Below are positions 21,130 through 30,370 of a stretch of DNA of 64,000 bases, one piece after another. A model generated the notes under the pieces. It saw nothing but the letters and a program-made list of their open reading frames with translations. It ran no database searches and was not told where the DNA came from. Source of the stretch: Halarcobacter sp. (GTDB taxonomy: Bacteria; Campylobacterota; Campylobacteria; Campylobacterales; Arcobacteraceae). The position numbers were made by a program, and so were the translations under genes. The stretch is taken from the NCBI GenBank assembly GCA_963676565.1, contig OY781089.1, positions 1,152,001 to 1,216,000 of the forward strand. The letters are read 5' to 3'. How positions within the stretch are numbered: position 1 is the first letter of the stretch; each line of letters opens with the position of its first letter.

Positions 21130-21168
21130 AAAAAAGGTTGCAAGAATTTCCTTGCAACCTTTTTTTTT
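21130..21168 (+). terminator. Intrinsic terminator after rpsO
   Basis: AAAAAAGGTTGCAAG-AATTTC-CTTGCAACCTTTTTTTTT. Confidence 0.9.
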
Positions 21169-21252
21169 GATAAACTAATAAATTAATTTACCAAGATAAA
21201 CTTATTTAATAGTTGTTTTTGTAAAATAATTTAAAAAAAGATTAGGAACACT

Positions 21253-21654
21253 ATGTTACTTACAAAAAAAAGTGAATATGCTTTACTTGCTTTGATATCA
21301 ATTGCTAAAAGTGAAGAGCTTAAAAATGTTGATGTTTTATCCCGTGAACTTAATATTCCTAAATCTTTTCTAGCAAAAATTATGCAAAATCTTGCAAAAA
21401 ATGATATTGTAGTTTCCCATAGGGGTGTAAATGGTGGATTTGTTTTAAAAAAACCATATGATGAGATTACAATTTTAGAAATTACAACTGTTGCTGAAGA
21501 AAAGATTCCTTCTGTATTTGAATGTTCTCCTTCTGTATCCTCTTGCCCTTCTGATATTGGAATGGTGTGTGGTTTATGGCCAGTTTTAAATAATCTTCAA
21601 ACAAGAATAAATGGCTTTTTAGAAGGATTAACATTAAAGGATATTGCTTCGTGA
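21253..21654 (+). CDS. Rrf2-family transcriptional regulator with three Cys (possible Fe-S ligands)
   Basis: MLLTKKSEYALLAL, IPKSFLAKIMQNL, SHRGVNGGFVL; C-x6-C-x7-C. Confidence 0.9.
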   Translation: MLLTKKSEYALLALISIAKSEELKNVDVLSRELNIPKSFLAKIMQNLAKNDIVVSHRGVNGGFVLKKPYDEITILEITTVAEEKIPSVFECSPSVSSCPSDIGMVCGLWPVLNNLQTRINGFLEGLTLKDIAS

Positions 21655-22700
21655 AACTTTTTCATTTGTCTCATACGGATTTAGATGGTTACTCTTGTCA
21701 ACTTTTGATAAAAGAGTATTTCAATGATGGATTTTATTTCAATGCCAATTATGGTTTAGAAGTAAAACTAAGTTTAAAGAAAATACTTCAAGATATTCAA
21801 GAGTATAAAGATGATGAGATTTTATTTTTTATTACTGATTTAAATCTTACTTTTAATGAAGCAAAAGATTTAGATAATGAAATAAACGATTTAAATGAAA
21901 ATGGCTTTAATATAAAACTTCAATTACTTGACCACCACGCAACTGGTCAAAAGAGTGCAGATACATTCAGCTGGTATTATTTGGATACTAAAAGATGTGC
22001 TACAAAAATAGTTTATGATTATCTAAATACTACATACAATGGTTTTTCAGATGAAAAAAAATTATGGATGAAACCCCTTGTAGATGCAATAAATGCAATT
22101 GATATTTGGGTAGATAAAGAGGTTAAAAACTTTGAGTTTGGTAAGGTTTTACTTAGAATGGTTTCTCAAGTAAGAGAGATAAATAATGTGCTTTTCCCAG
22201 ATTTAAATAGGGACTTTAGAATTTACCTACTAAAAGAATCAGCAAAATATATAAATGAAGAGAATGGAAATATTAAATTAGATAATGAAATCCATTTTTT
22301 AAAGAAAAACTTTCTTATGCAAGATGGATGTGATGACACTATTGATAATCTTAGTGCAAAATATTTAGTGTCTTGTTTAGATAAATTAAAAGAGAAATTA
22401 ACAGTAACATATAAAGGACATAAAGGACTTTTAACTTATACTTTAGGTTCTATTTCAATCCCTGCAAATGCTTTTTTAGTGGCTAATGAAGACTATGATT
22501 TTTTTATTGATATTAGTAAGAAAGGAAATGCCTCTTTTAGAGCAGATGGAAAAGTTGATGTATCTTTAATAGCACAAGCTTTAGCAAATGGAGGAGGGCA
22601 CCCAAATGCTTCTGGTTGTAAATTTGAAGACTTCAAAGAATCAATTGACTACAATGATATTAAATCTTATATCCAAGGGAAACTTGACAGCTTAGCATAA
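21651..22700 (+). CDS. DHH-family phosphoesterase (DHH/DHHA1-like)
   Basis: HTDLDG, ITDL, LDHH and GGGH motifs; GTGA overlap with the Rrf2 stop. Confidence 0.88.
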   Translation: MKLFHLSHTDLDGYSCQLLIKEYFNDGFYFNANYGLEVKLSLKKILQDIQEYKDDEILFFITDLNLTFNEAKDLDNEINDLNENGFNIKLQLLDHHATGQKSADTFSWYYLDTKRCATKIVYDYLNTTYNGFSDEKKLWMKPLVDAINAIDIWVDKEVKNFEFGKVLLRMVSQVREINNVLFPDLNRDFRIYLLKESAKYINEENGNIKLDNEIHFLKKNFLMQDGCDDTIDNLSAKYLVSCLDKLKEKLTVTYKGHKGLLTYTLGSISIPANAFLVANEDYDFFIDISKKGNASFRADGKVDVSLIAQALANGGGHPNASGCKFEDFKESIDYNDIKSYIQGKLDSLA

Positions 22701-23114
22701 TTCCTGAAATTTATTTTCTTTGGTATTATAAATCTCTATTCTTCCATCTTCAATTTTATAATACCAACCATGAATGTCCAGTGTTCCCTCTTTGATTTTT
22801 TTTGAACCTCAGGAAAAGTTAGCAGATTTTTAAGTTGATATTTTATAGAGCTTTTTTCAGTTTCTAAATCTAAATATAAAGATCTACATGCTCCATAATT
22901 AGAGTGACCACAAATTATTATGTGTTTTACATTTAAAACTGAAACAGCAAACTCAATAGCTGCTAATGTTCCATGGAAATCATTATCATTTTTATATGGA
23001 GGAACAAAGTTCCCCATATTTCTAATAATAAACATATCTCCTGGTCTTGATGAACTAATTAAATTTTGTATCTCTAAAAAGTTTATTTCCAATCTTTAAA
23101 TCTTCAATTGTTAT
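22692..23114 (-). pseudogene. Beta-class carbonic anhydrase pseudogene
   Basis: Three frames join as (I)TIEDLKIGNKLFRDTKF / NLISSSRPGDMFIIRNMGNFVPP...AAIEFAVSVLNVKHIIICGHSNYGAC...NLLTFPEVQK / KIKEGTLDIHGWYYKIEDGRIE. The CxDxR motif is missing, HxxC is HxxY, and the apparent start codon is ATA. Confidence 0.85.
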
Positions 23115-23115
23115 T

Positions 23116-24567
23116 TTAGTTCCTTACTTTTAATTTTTTTTCTTTTATATTATTAATTAATTTCATAATTCTTTGAACTTTTTCTTCTTCATCTTTTAAG
23201 TGGTCTTGAGCGCTTAGGGTAAATTGATCAAGTTTTGCATCTAAATAATTTGTTGTAAATCTTCCTGCCTGAAAATCTTCATCTCTAGTAATTTCTCTAT
23301 GTAATTGTATATTTGTAGGAAAACCTTCAAGTACAAATTCATCTAAAGCCCTTATTGCTTTTTTGACTGCTCCTTCCCAATCTAATGCCCAAACAATTAG
23401 TTTTCCTATCATTGAATCGTAATTTGCAGGAACTTTATATCCTGTGTAAGCACAAGAATCTAGTCTTACCCCTGGGCCATTTGGCGTTAAATATTGTGTA
23501 ATAGTTCCTGCTGATGGCATAAAGTTTTTTTGTGGATTTTCAGCATTAATTCTAAACTCAATTGCATATCCCCTAAATTTAACTTCTTCTTGCATATATT
23601 TTAATTTATCTCCTCCTGCAATTTCAATCATTCTTTGAATAATATCAACTCCACTTGTTATTTCTGTCACAGGATGTTCTACTTGAACTCTGGTATTCAT
23701 TTCTATAAAAAAGATATTGTCATTTTCATCAACTAAAAATTCAATTGTTCCTACACTTTCATATCCAAGTTTAAACATTGATTTAGTTGATATCCTAAAT
23801 AACTCTTTTCTTACTTCATTGTTAAGTAATGGAGATGGAGAGATTTCAATTACTTTTTGATGTCTTCTTTGAATAGAACAATCCCTTTCTCCTAAATGTA
23901 CAACATTCCCATGTTTATCTGCAATAATTTGAACTTCAATATGTCTTGGGTTTTCAACATACTTCTCTATAAAACAAGCGCCATTTCCAAAGAATTTTTT
24001 TGCTTCTGTTGTGGCAGCTTCAAACATAGAATCAAACTCTTTTTCTTTTTTGACAATTCTCATTCCTCTACCTCCACCACCAAAGGCAGCTTTGATAATC
24101 ACAGGAAATCCTATCTGTGATGCAACTTTTTTTGCTTCATTTTTATCTTCTATTGCTTCTTCTGTACCTTCTAAAATAGGAACGCCAACTTTTTTCATAG
24201 CATTTTTAGAAGCCATTTTATCTCCAAAAAGTGCAATATGTTCTGGCTTTGGACCAATAAATATAATACCTGCATCTTCACAAGCTTGAGCAAAATCCGC
24301 ATTTTCACTTAAAAATCCATACCCAGGATGAATAGCATCGCAATTTGCTTTTTTTGCAATAGATATGATAGTTTCATAGTTTAAATATGCTTGAATTACA
24401 TCACCTACAATTGGATAACATTCGTCAGCTTTTCTAACCCATAAACCCTCAACATCAATTTCTGAAAATATAGCTACGCTTGTTACATCTAATTCTTTAC
24501 ATGCCCTTATTATTCTAAGAGCTATTTCCCCTCTATTTGCTATTAAAACTTTTGATATTTTTTCCAT
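23116..24567 (-). CDS. pycA: Biotin carboxylase, probably pyruvate carboxylase subunit A
   Basis: KVLIANRGEIA, HPGYGFLSEN, GGGGRGMR, ERDCSIQRRHQK, EMNTRVQVEHP. The 483-aa length and absence of an adjacent accB favour PycA over AccC. Confidence 0.75.
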   Translation of the reverse strand: MEKISKVLIANRGEIALRIIRACKELDVTSVAIFSEIDVEGLWVRKADECYPIVGDVIQAYLNYETIISIAKKANCDAIHPGYGFLSENADFAQACEDAGIIFIGPKPEHIALFGDKMASKNAMKKVGVPILEGTEEAIEDKNEAKKVASQIGFPVIIKAAFGGGGRGMRIVKKEKEFDSMFEAATTEAKKFFGNGACFIEKYVENPRHIEVQIIADKHGNVVHLGERDCSIQRRHQKVIEISPSPLLNNEVRKELFRISTKSMFKLGYESVGTIEFLVDENDNIFFIEMNTRVQVEHPVTEITSGVDIIQRMIEIAGGDKLKYMQEEVKFRGYAIEFRINAENPQKNFMPSAGTITQYLTPNGPGVRLDSCAYTGYKVPANYDSMIGKLIVWALDWEGAVKKAIRALDEFVLEGFPTNIQLHREITRDEDFQAGRFTTNYLDAKLDQFTLSAQDHLKDEEEKVQRIMKLINNIKEKKLKVRN

Positions 24568-24717
24568 TATTTTCCCTTTTTCTTAATTAATTAGCTTATT
24601 GTATGATTTAAATAAGAAAAATTCTTTATTTTTTGTGCTGAATTTATTGTTAATTTATGTTCTAAAAATTGTTCAAAAATGCTAAAAATTTATTCCATTT
24701 TTGATAGAATTAACTTT

Positions 24718-25593
24718 ATGAAAAAAGAGACTTTAGAAAAAAATGTAAAAATTGCTAATAATATTATGTACTATATATACACACATATTGATACTACTAT
24801 TAATTTAGAAGAGTTAAGTTATGACTTAAATATTAGTAAATTTCATATGTATAGAATTTTTAAAGATGCTTTTGGAATAAATATTTATGAAAGTATTAAA
24901 TCAATAAGACTCCAAAAAGCTGCAAATCTACTCCTAACAAATAAGTACTCAACAATATCAAATATTGCAAATTTATGTGGATATAGCTCCCATTCCTCTT
25001 TTATAAAAGCATTTTCAAAAAGGTTTGAAATGTCGCCAAAGCAATGGCGAAAAGGTGGGTATAAAGAATATGCAGCAAAAATTTTGAAACAATCAAATAA
25101 AGCAATGAACTCAAAAGCAATTTTTTCTCATTTATTACCAACAATAGTAAAAATGCCTGAAATTGAAAGTTATTATATAAGAAATAAAGGTTATAACAAA
25201 AATATAAAACAAACTTGGCAAAAACTTCATACCTTGATTTTAAATAATGATATCAATGAATATAAACATATAGCATTACTTCATGATAATCCTGTTATTA
25301 CTCCACTAGATGAGTGTCAATATATTGCTTGCGTGCAGACATCACAAAAAGGTGAAGTTTTATCAAAAAGAGTTCCTAAGTTTAGAATTGCAAGTGGAGT
25401 ATATGCAAGGTTTGATTTAAAAGGTCATCAAGGGGATATTCTTAGATTTATTAATTGGGTATATCATGAATGGCTATTAAATAGTGATTATGAAACTACA
25501 ACAAAACCTTCGTATATCATTTATCATAAAAACAACTTTTTATCTGAAGATGATGAGTTTGATATTAGTTTTTATGTTTCTATAAATTACTAA
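24718..25593 (+). CDS. AraC-family regulator with GyrI-like effector domain
   Basis: Dual HTH (ISKFHMYRIFK...RLQKAANLL...CGYSSHSSFIKAF); C-terminal HDNP.IT...CQYIAC and GVYARF. Start at MKKET. Confidence 0.9.
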   Translation: MKKETLEKNVKIANNIMYYIYTHIDTTINLEELSYDLNISKFHMYRIFKDAFGINIYESIKSIRLQKAANLLLTNKYSTISNIANLCGYSSHSSFIKAFSKRFEMSPKQWRKGGYKEYAAKILKQSNKAMNSKAIFSHLLPTIVKMPEIESYYIRNKGYNKNIKQTWQKLHTLILNNDINEYKHIALLHDNPVITPLDECQYIACVQTSQKGEVLSKRVPKFRIASGVYARFDLKGHQGDILRFINWVYHEWLLNSDYETTTKPSYIIYHKNNFLSEDDEFDISFYVSINY

Positions 25594-25652
25594 ATTTATA
25601 AATTGATTAAAGAATTTTGATTATAATATAAGAAATATATAAAGGAGTAAAA

Positions 25653-26084
25653 ATGGAGTGTGAATTTCCATCAGTTAATAGTAATATTGAAGAGATTAAA
25701 GAGATTTTTGAAAATACAAAAACGATTGCAGTAATTGGTTGTTCTCCAGACCCAAGTAAAGCAAGTAATATGGTTGCAAACTATTTAAAAAATGCTGGGT
25801 TTAAAATGGTACCTGTTTATCCTAAAGAGGATGAAATTTTAGGGGAAAAGGTATATAGAAGTTTAAAAGAGATCCCTTTTAAAGTTGACATGGTTGATAT
25901 ATTTAGAAAACCTGATGTTATAGGACAAGTAGTTGATGCAGCTATTGAGCGTGGTGATGTTGATACAGTTTGGACTCAACTAGGACTTGTAAATAATGAA
26001 GCGGCAAAAAAAGCACAAGAAAAAGGTATGAAGGTAGTACAAAATAAGTGTACAAAGATAGAGCATAGAGCTATTTTTGAGTAG
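25653..26084 (+). CDS. CoA-binding protein (YccU-like)
   Basis: TIAVIGCS.DP.KAS, VDMVDIFR, WTQLG, VVQNKC.KIEH. Confidence 0.9.
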   Translation: MECEFPSVNSNIEEIKEIFENTKTIAVIGCSPDPSKASNMVANYLKNAGFKMVPVYPKEDEILGEKVYRSLKEIPFKVDMVDIFRKPDVIGQVVDAAIERGDVDTVWTQLGLVNNEAAKKAQEKGMKVVQNKCTKIEHRAIFE

Positions 26085-27399
26085 ACTCTTTTTTAGATTC
26101 TTTCTTTTTTGGTATGGTAGTGTTTGGCAATATTAATGTTGCCACACAACCGCTTTTATCATCTGTTCTATTTTTTAAACTTACAGTAGCTTCTAGTGAA
26201 TCTGCAGCATTTTTAGCCAAGAATAATCCCAATCCAGCACCACTTTCTTCTCCCATTCTTTTAAATGGAGCAAAAAGGTCTATTGACTCATCAATACCTA
26301 CACCATCATCAGTTACTGTTATTGTTGTTGTATCAGGCTCTTTTTCCATTCTAATGGCAATAGATTTTTCATCGGGTGTAAATTTAATAGCATTTTGAAC
26401 AAAGTTTTGAATTATTTGATTTAATAAAGTTGGTTGAACATAAATTTCATGGTGATTTACATTTGAAAAAAATGTAATTACTATTTTTTTCTTAGCACTA
26501 AGCATTCTGTAATCATTAGTTTTTCTTTGTAGATATTTTACTAAGTCAATCTCTTCAGGTTTTTCAAATTGAGCACCTTCTGCACGACCAATATCTAAAA
26601 TTGAACTAATCATTTTATTCATATCATTAATTTGTTCAACTGTTAATTTCATTGTTTCTTGATATTTTTCAGCTTCTCTTTTTTTCATAAGAGCAACTTC
26701 ATTTTTTAGTTTCATAACAGCAAGTGGCGTTTTTAATTCATGTGCAACACCAATAAACAACTCTTTTTTAAATTTTATATTAGTTTCAATTCTTGTCATT
26801 AAAGAGTTTATTGAGTTTGCAAGTGGATGGAACTCAATTGGTAAATTATCTTTTTTTATTTGTGATAAAAAGTTTTCATCCATATTTGATAATTTGTTTG
26901 TAATTTGAATAATAGGTCTTAAAAGTGTTTTTGAAACTGTAAATGCATATAAAACTACCATTATCAAACCTCCAAAAGAGATCAATAAAAGGTTATTAAA
27001 TATCTTATTTAACATCTCAATAGATGAATCTATATTTTTTACAATTTTTATATATTTATTTTTTGTTAAATCAAAGGGATAAAGAATTTGAATAAAATGT
27101 TTATTTCCTACTTTAAAGTATGTGTATCCGCTTTGTGGAACGTTAAGTAGTTCTACTATATCAACATTGATTCCATTACTTGTTATAAGATTAAAATTGT
27201 TTGTATTTACATCTGAAGTTTTACTAACTTCTAAAATCAACTGTGCATCAGCATACAGTGAATCTTGAATTTCATCAAAGATTGTTGATTTTGTATATCC
27301 ATAAAAAATAAAAGATAAAATAATGATTAGTATTGAAGTAGCAATTACAAGCTTTTGATGAAATTGCTTGTAAATGCTCTTTGGTTTTAGAATACTCAT
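26071..27399 (-). CDS. Sensor histidine kinase (HAMP-HisKA-HATPase) downstream of hsrA
   Basis: Two TMs; VAHELKTPL; NFVQNAIKF; DDGVG; GAGLGL. Confidence 0.92.
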   Translation of the reverse strand: MSILKPKSIYKQFHQKLVIATSILIIILSFIFYGYTKSTIFDEIQDSLYADAQLILEVSKTSDVNTNNFNLITSNGINVDIVELLNVPQSGYTYFKVGNKHFIQILYPFDLTKNKYIKIVKNIDSSIEMLNKIFNNLLLISFGGLIMVVLYAFTVSKTLLRPIIQITNKLSNMDENFLSQIKKDNLPIEFHPLANSINSLMTRIETNIKFKKELFIGVAHELKTPLAVMKLKNEVALMKKREAEKYQETMKLTVEQINDMNKMISSILDIGRAEGAQFEKPEEIDLVKYLQRKTNDYRMLSAKKKIVITFFSNVNHHEIYVQPTLLNQIIQNFVQNAIKFTPDEKSIAIRMEKEPDTTTITVTDDGVGIDESIDLFAPFKRMGEESGAGLGLFLAKNAADSLEATVSLKNRTDDKSGCVATLILPNTTIPKKKESKKESTQK

Positions 27400-27412
27400 T
27401 TTTTAAAAAATA

Positions 27413-28093
27413 TTATGCTTCTTCTTGAGTATCTGGATAACAGAATCTATAACCTCTTCTTCTGATTGTTTCAATAGTAGAGATATTTAATGGTTTATCC
27501 ATTTTTTGTCTAATTTGGTTAATAGCAACTTCAATTACATTTGGAGTTACTAATTCTGGCTCTTCCCAGATAGCATCTAGTAATTGCTCTTTAGAAACAA
27601 TTTGATCTCTGTGTCTTGCAAGGTGAGTTAATACTTCAAAAGGTTTACCTTTTAATTCAATCTCTTCACCATTGAATTCAATTTTTTCTTCATCAGGGTT
27701 AATTGATAACTCATCAATCTCAATTATATTTGTTCCACCAAATCTTAATCTTGCTTCAATTCTTGCAAGTAAGATATCAAAATCAAATGGTTTTTTAATA
27801 TAATCATCAGCTCCTGATTTTAATGCTTCAATTTCAGAATCTTTATCATCTCTTGCAGAAAGGATAACAACTGCTGTTCTTGAGCTTCTGTTTTTTACGA
27901 TTTTACATAATTCAATTCCATCACCATCTGGTAACATCCAGTCAGTTAGAACTAAATCATAATTTCTAATGTCGATAAAATATTCGGCATCTTTATAGTT
28001 TTCAGCAGCATCTACTTGGTAACCAAAATCAGTTAGTCCCTCTTGTAGTGTTCTATTTAATGTGATTTCATCTTCAATAATTAATATTCTCAT
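27413..28093 (-). CDS. hsrA: OmpR-family homeostatic response regulator (HsrA/HP1043/CosR orthologue)
   Basis: DIRNYDLVL, KGKPFEVLTHLARHRDQIVSKEQLLDAIWEEPELVTPNVIEVAINQIRQKMDKPL and ETIRRRGYRFCY are family signatures. Confidence 0.92.
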   Translation of the reverse strand: MRILIIEDEITLNRTLQEGLTDFGYQVDAAENYKDAEYFIDIRNYDLVLTDWMLPDGDGIELCKIVKNRSSRTAVVILSARDDKDSEIEALKSGADDYIKKPFDFDILLARIEARLRFGGTNIIEIDELSINPDEEKIEFNGEEIELKGKPFEVLTHLARHRDQIVSKEQLLDAIWEEPELVTPNVIEVAINQIRQKMDKPLNISTIETIRRRGYRFCYPDTQEEA

Positions 28094-28420
28094 TTAGACA
28101 TTCCTCTTATTAGTTTTTGTAAGCTTAAATTTAAGTTAAGTTTAAAATTGGTCGGCATTATAACACAAATTCAGTAAAATTTAAAGGTTTTCTAAGGTAA
28201 ATTTTGAAATTCTTTGAAATAATGTGCAAATTTTATATTATTTAGACAATATTTTTAGAAAACTATGAAAAATTATATTAAAATTGACTTAAAGTTTGAA
28301 GAAACAAGTTTTAAAGAACTCTTAATTTTGACATACTTTAATTAATTAAATACAACGTAGTTAACTTTTTATTAAATAAAAGAAGATAGAATATTGCCTA
28401 TTAAAAAAAGAAGGAAAATA

Positions 28421-29242
28421 ATGAGTTTATTTACAAAGAAAAGATTATTAACAAGTTTAATCGCATCATTGGCAATTTCGTCAATATCTTTAAATGCAGC
28501 AGATTATGGATCTGTAAATGGTGAGCAAATCACTAAAGAAGATATTGCAGTTGTGTTAAGAAATCCAAATGTAAAGTTTGATGATTTACCAAAAAAGAGT
28601 AAAGATAAGGTTTTAGAACAAGTTGTTGAGAAAAAACTATTAACACAAAATGCTGTAAAAAGTGGCGTTTCATCTGATGAAGAGTATAAAAAAGCATTAG
28701 AAAAACTAAAAGCAGATTTAGCTTTAGAAATTTGGATGCAAAAAGAGTTTAAAAAAGTTTCTGTTTCAGATAAAGATGCAAAAGATTTTTATAACAAAAA
28801 TAAAGCAAAATTCAAAGTTCCTGCAACACTAGAAGCTAGACATATTTTAACAAAAACTGAAAATGATGCAAAAGCTATCATTAAAGATTTAGATAAAGCA
28901 AAAGATAAAAAAGCAAAATTTGTTGAATTAGCAAAATCAAAATCAGTTGGTCCTTCAGGTCCAAAAGGTGGATATTTAGGTAAATTTACAGAAAATCAAA
29001 TGGTTCCAGAGTTTTCAAAAGCAGCAAAAGCTTTAGACAAAGGTAAATACTCTAAAGCTCCTGTTAAAACTCAATTTGGTTATCATGTAATTTATTTAGA
29101 AGATAAAAATCCTGCAAGTGATTTAGCCTATGATAAAGTAAAAGAAAAAATTAAACAAATGGTAGTTCAAGGTAAATTCCAAGAATATATTAAAAATAAA
29201 GTTGATGGCTTAAAAAGCAAAGCAAAAATTGTTATCAAGTAA
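28421..29242 (+). CDS. Periplasmic parvulin-type PPIase (PEB4/Cbf2-like)
   Basis: Signal peptide; ARHIL, F.ELAKSKS.GPS..KGG.LG.F...QMVPEF, PVKTQFGYHVI; directly upstream of fba. Start at MSLF. Confidence 0.9.
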   Translation: MSLFTKKRLLTSLIASLAISSISLNAADYGSVNGEQITKEDIAVVLRNPNVKFDDLPKKSKDKVLEQVVEKKLLTQNAVKSGVSSDEEYKKALEKLKADLALEIWMQKEFKKVSVSDKDAKDFYNKNKAKFKVPATLEARHILTKTENDAKAIIKDLDKAKDKKAKFVELAKSKSVGPSGPKGGYLGKFTENQMVPEFSKAAKALDKGKYSKAPVKTQFGYHVIYLEDKNPASDLAYDKVKEKIKQMVVQGKFQEYIKNKVDGLKSKAKIVIK

Positions 29243-29260
29243 TTTAATTAAGGAGAAGAG

Positions 29261-30328
29261 ATGGGTGTTTTAGAAGTTGTTAATGCAGGTGTATTAAGTG
29301 GTAGTGAAGCAAAAAAACTTTTTGCATATGCAAAAGAGAATAAATTTGCAATTCCTGCAGTAAATGTAGTTGGTACTGATTCAGTAAATGCAGTAATGGA
29401 AGCTGCAGCTAAAGTAAATTCACCGGTGATTATTCAGTTTTCAAATGGTGGAGCACAATTTTTTGCTGGTAAGGGATTAAAAACTGCCAATGCAGCTACA
29501 ATTGGAGCAATTTCTGGAGCTATGCATGTGCATGCATTAGCAGAATCATATGGTATTCCTGTAATTTTACATACAGACCATGCTGCAAGAAAACTTCTTC
29601 CTTGGATAGATGGTTTATTACAAGCTGGAGAAACTTTTTATGAAAAGCATGGTAAACCATTATTTACGTCACATATGCTTGATTTAAGTGAAGATACACT
29701 TGAAGAAAATGTAGGAACCTGTGTTGAGTTTTTTGAAAGAATGAATAAAATCGATATGATGATTGAGATTGAACTTGGTATTACTGGTGGTGAAGAAGAT
29801 GGTGTTGATAACTCTGATGTTGACAATGCATTGCTTTATACACAACCTGAAGAAGTATGTTATGCTTATGAGAAGTTAAGTAAAGTTGGAAAAAACTTTA
29901 CGATTGCTGCATCATTTGGAAATGTACATGGGGTTTATAAACCAGGTAATGTTGTTTTATCTCCAAAAATCTTAGATAATTCACAAAAATTTATTGAAGA
30001 AAAACATTCAACTGTTGCACAACCAGTTGATTTTGTATTCCATGGTGGATCAGGTTCTGCTCTTGAAGAGATTAGAGAAGCTATTGATTATGGTGTAATT
30101 AAAATGAATATTGACACAGATACTCAATGGGCAACTTGGGATGGTGTAAGAGAATATGTGGCTAAAAATCATGATTATTTACAAGGTCAAATTGGTAACC
30201 CTGAGGGTGAAGATAAACCAAATAAATCTTATTATGACCCAAGAAAATGGGTAAGAGCTGGACAAGAGTCTATGATTGCAAGACTTGAAGTTGCATTCTC
30301 TGACCTTTGTGCACTAAATAAAAACTAA
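29261..30328 (+). CDS. fbaA: Fructose-bisphosphate aldolase class II
   Basis: FAIPAVN, LHTDHAARKLLPWIDG, SHMLDLSE, GNVHGVYKPG, FHGGSGS, YYDPRKW. Confidence 0.98.
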   Translation: MGVLEVVNAGVLSGSEAKKLFAYAKENKFAIPAVNVVGTDSVNAVMEAAAKVNSPVIIQFSNGGAQFFAGKGLKTANAATIGAISGAMHVHALAESYGIPVILHTDHAARKLLPWIDGLLQAGETFYEKHGKPLFTSHMLDLSEDTLEENVGTCVEFFERMNKIDMMIEIELGITGGEEDGVDNSDVDNALLYTQPEEVCYAYEKLSKVGKNFTIAASFGNVHGVYKPGNVVLSPKILDNSQKFIEEKHSTVAQPVDFVFHGGSGSALEEIREAIDYGVIKMNIDTDTQWATWDGVREYVAKNHDYLQGQIGNPEGEDKPNKSYYDPRKWVRAGQESMIARLEVAFSDLCALNKN

Positions 30329-30337
30329 ATAATATTT

Positions 30338-30364
30338 ATAAAAGCGTGAATTTCACGCTTTTAT
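30338..30364. terminator. Bidirectional terminator between convergent fbaA and mgtE
   Basis: Perfect inverted repeat ATAAAAGCGTGAA-T-TTCACGCTTTTAT flanked by A/T tracts. Confidence 0.8.
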
Positions 30365-30370
30365 TTTTCT

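Noticed and set aside
22736..23092. 118-aa ORF as a functional carbonic anhydrase
   Set aside because: Lacks both zinc-binding Cys residues and has out-of-frame termini; treated as a pseudogene.
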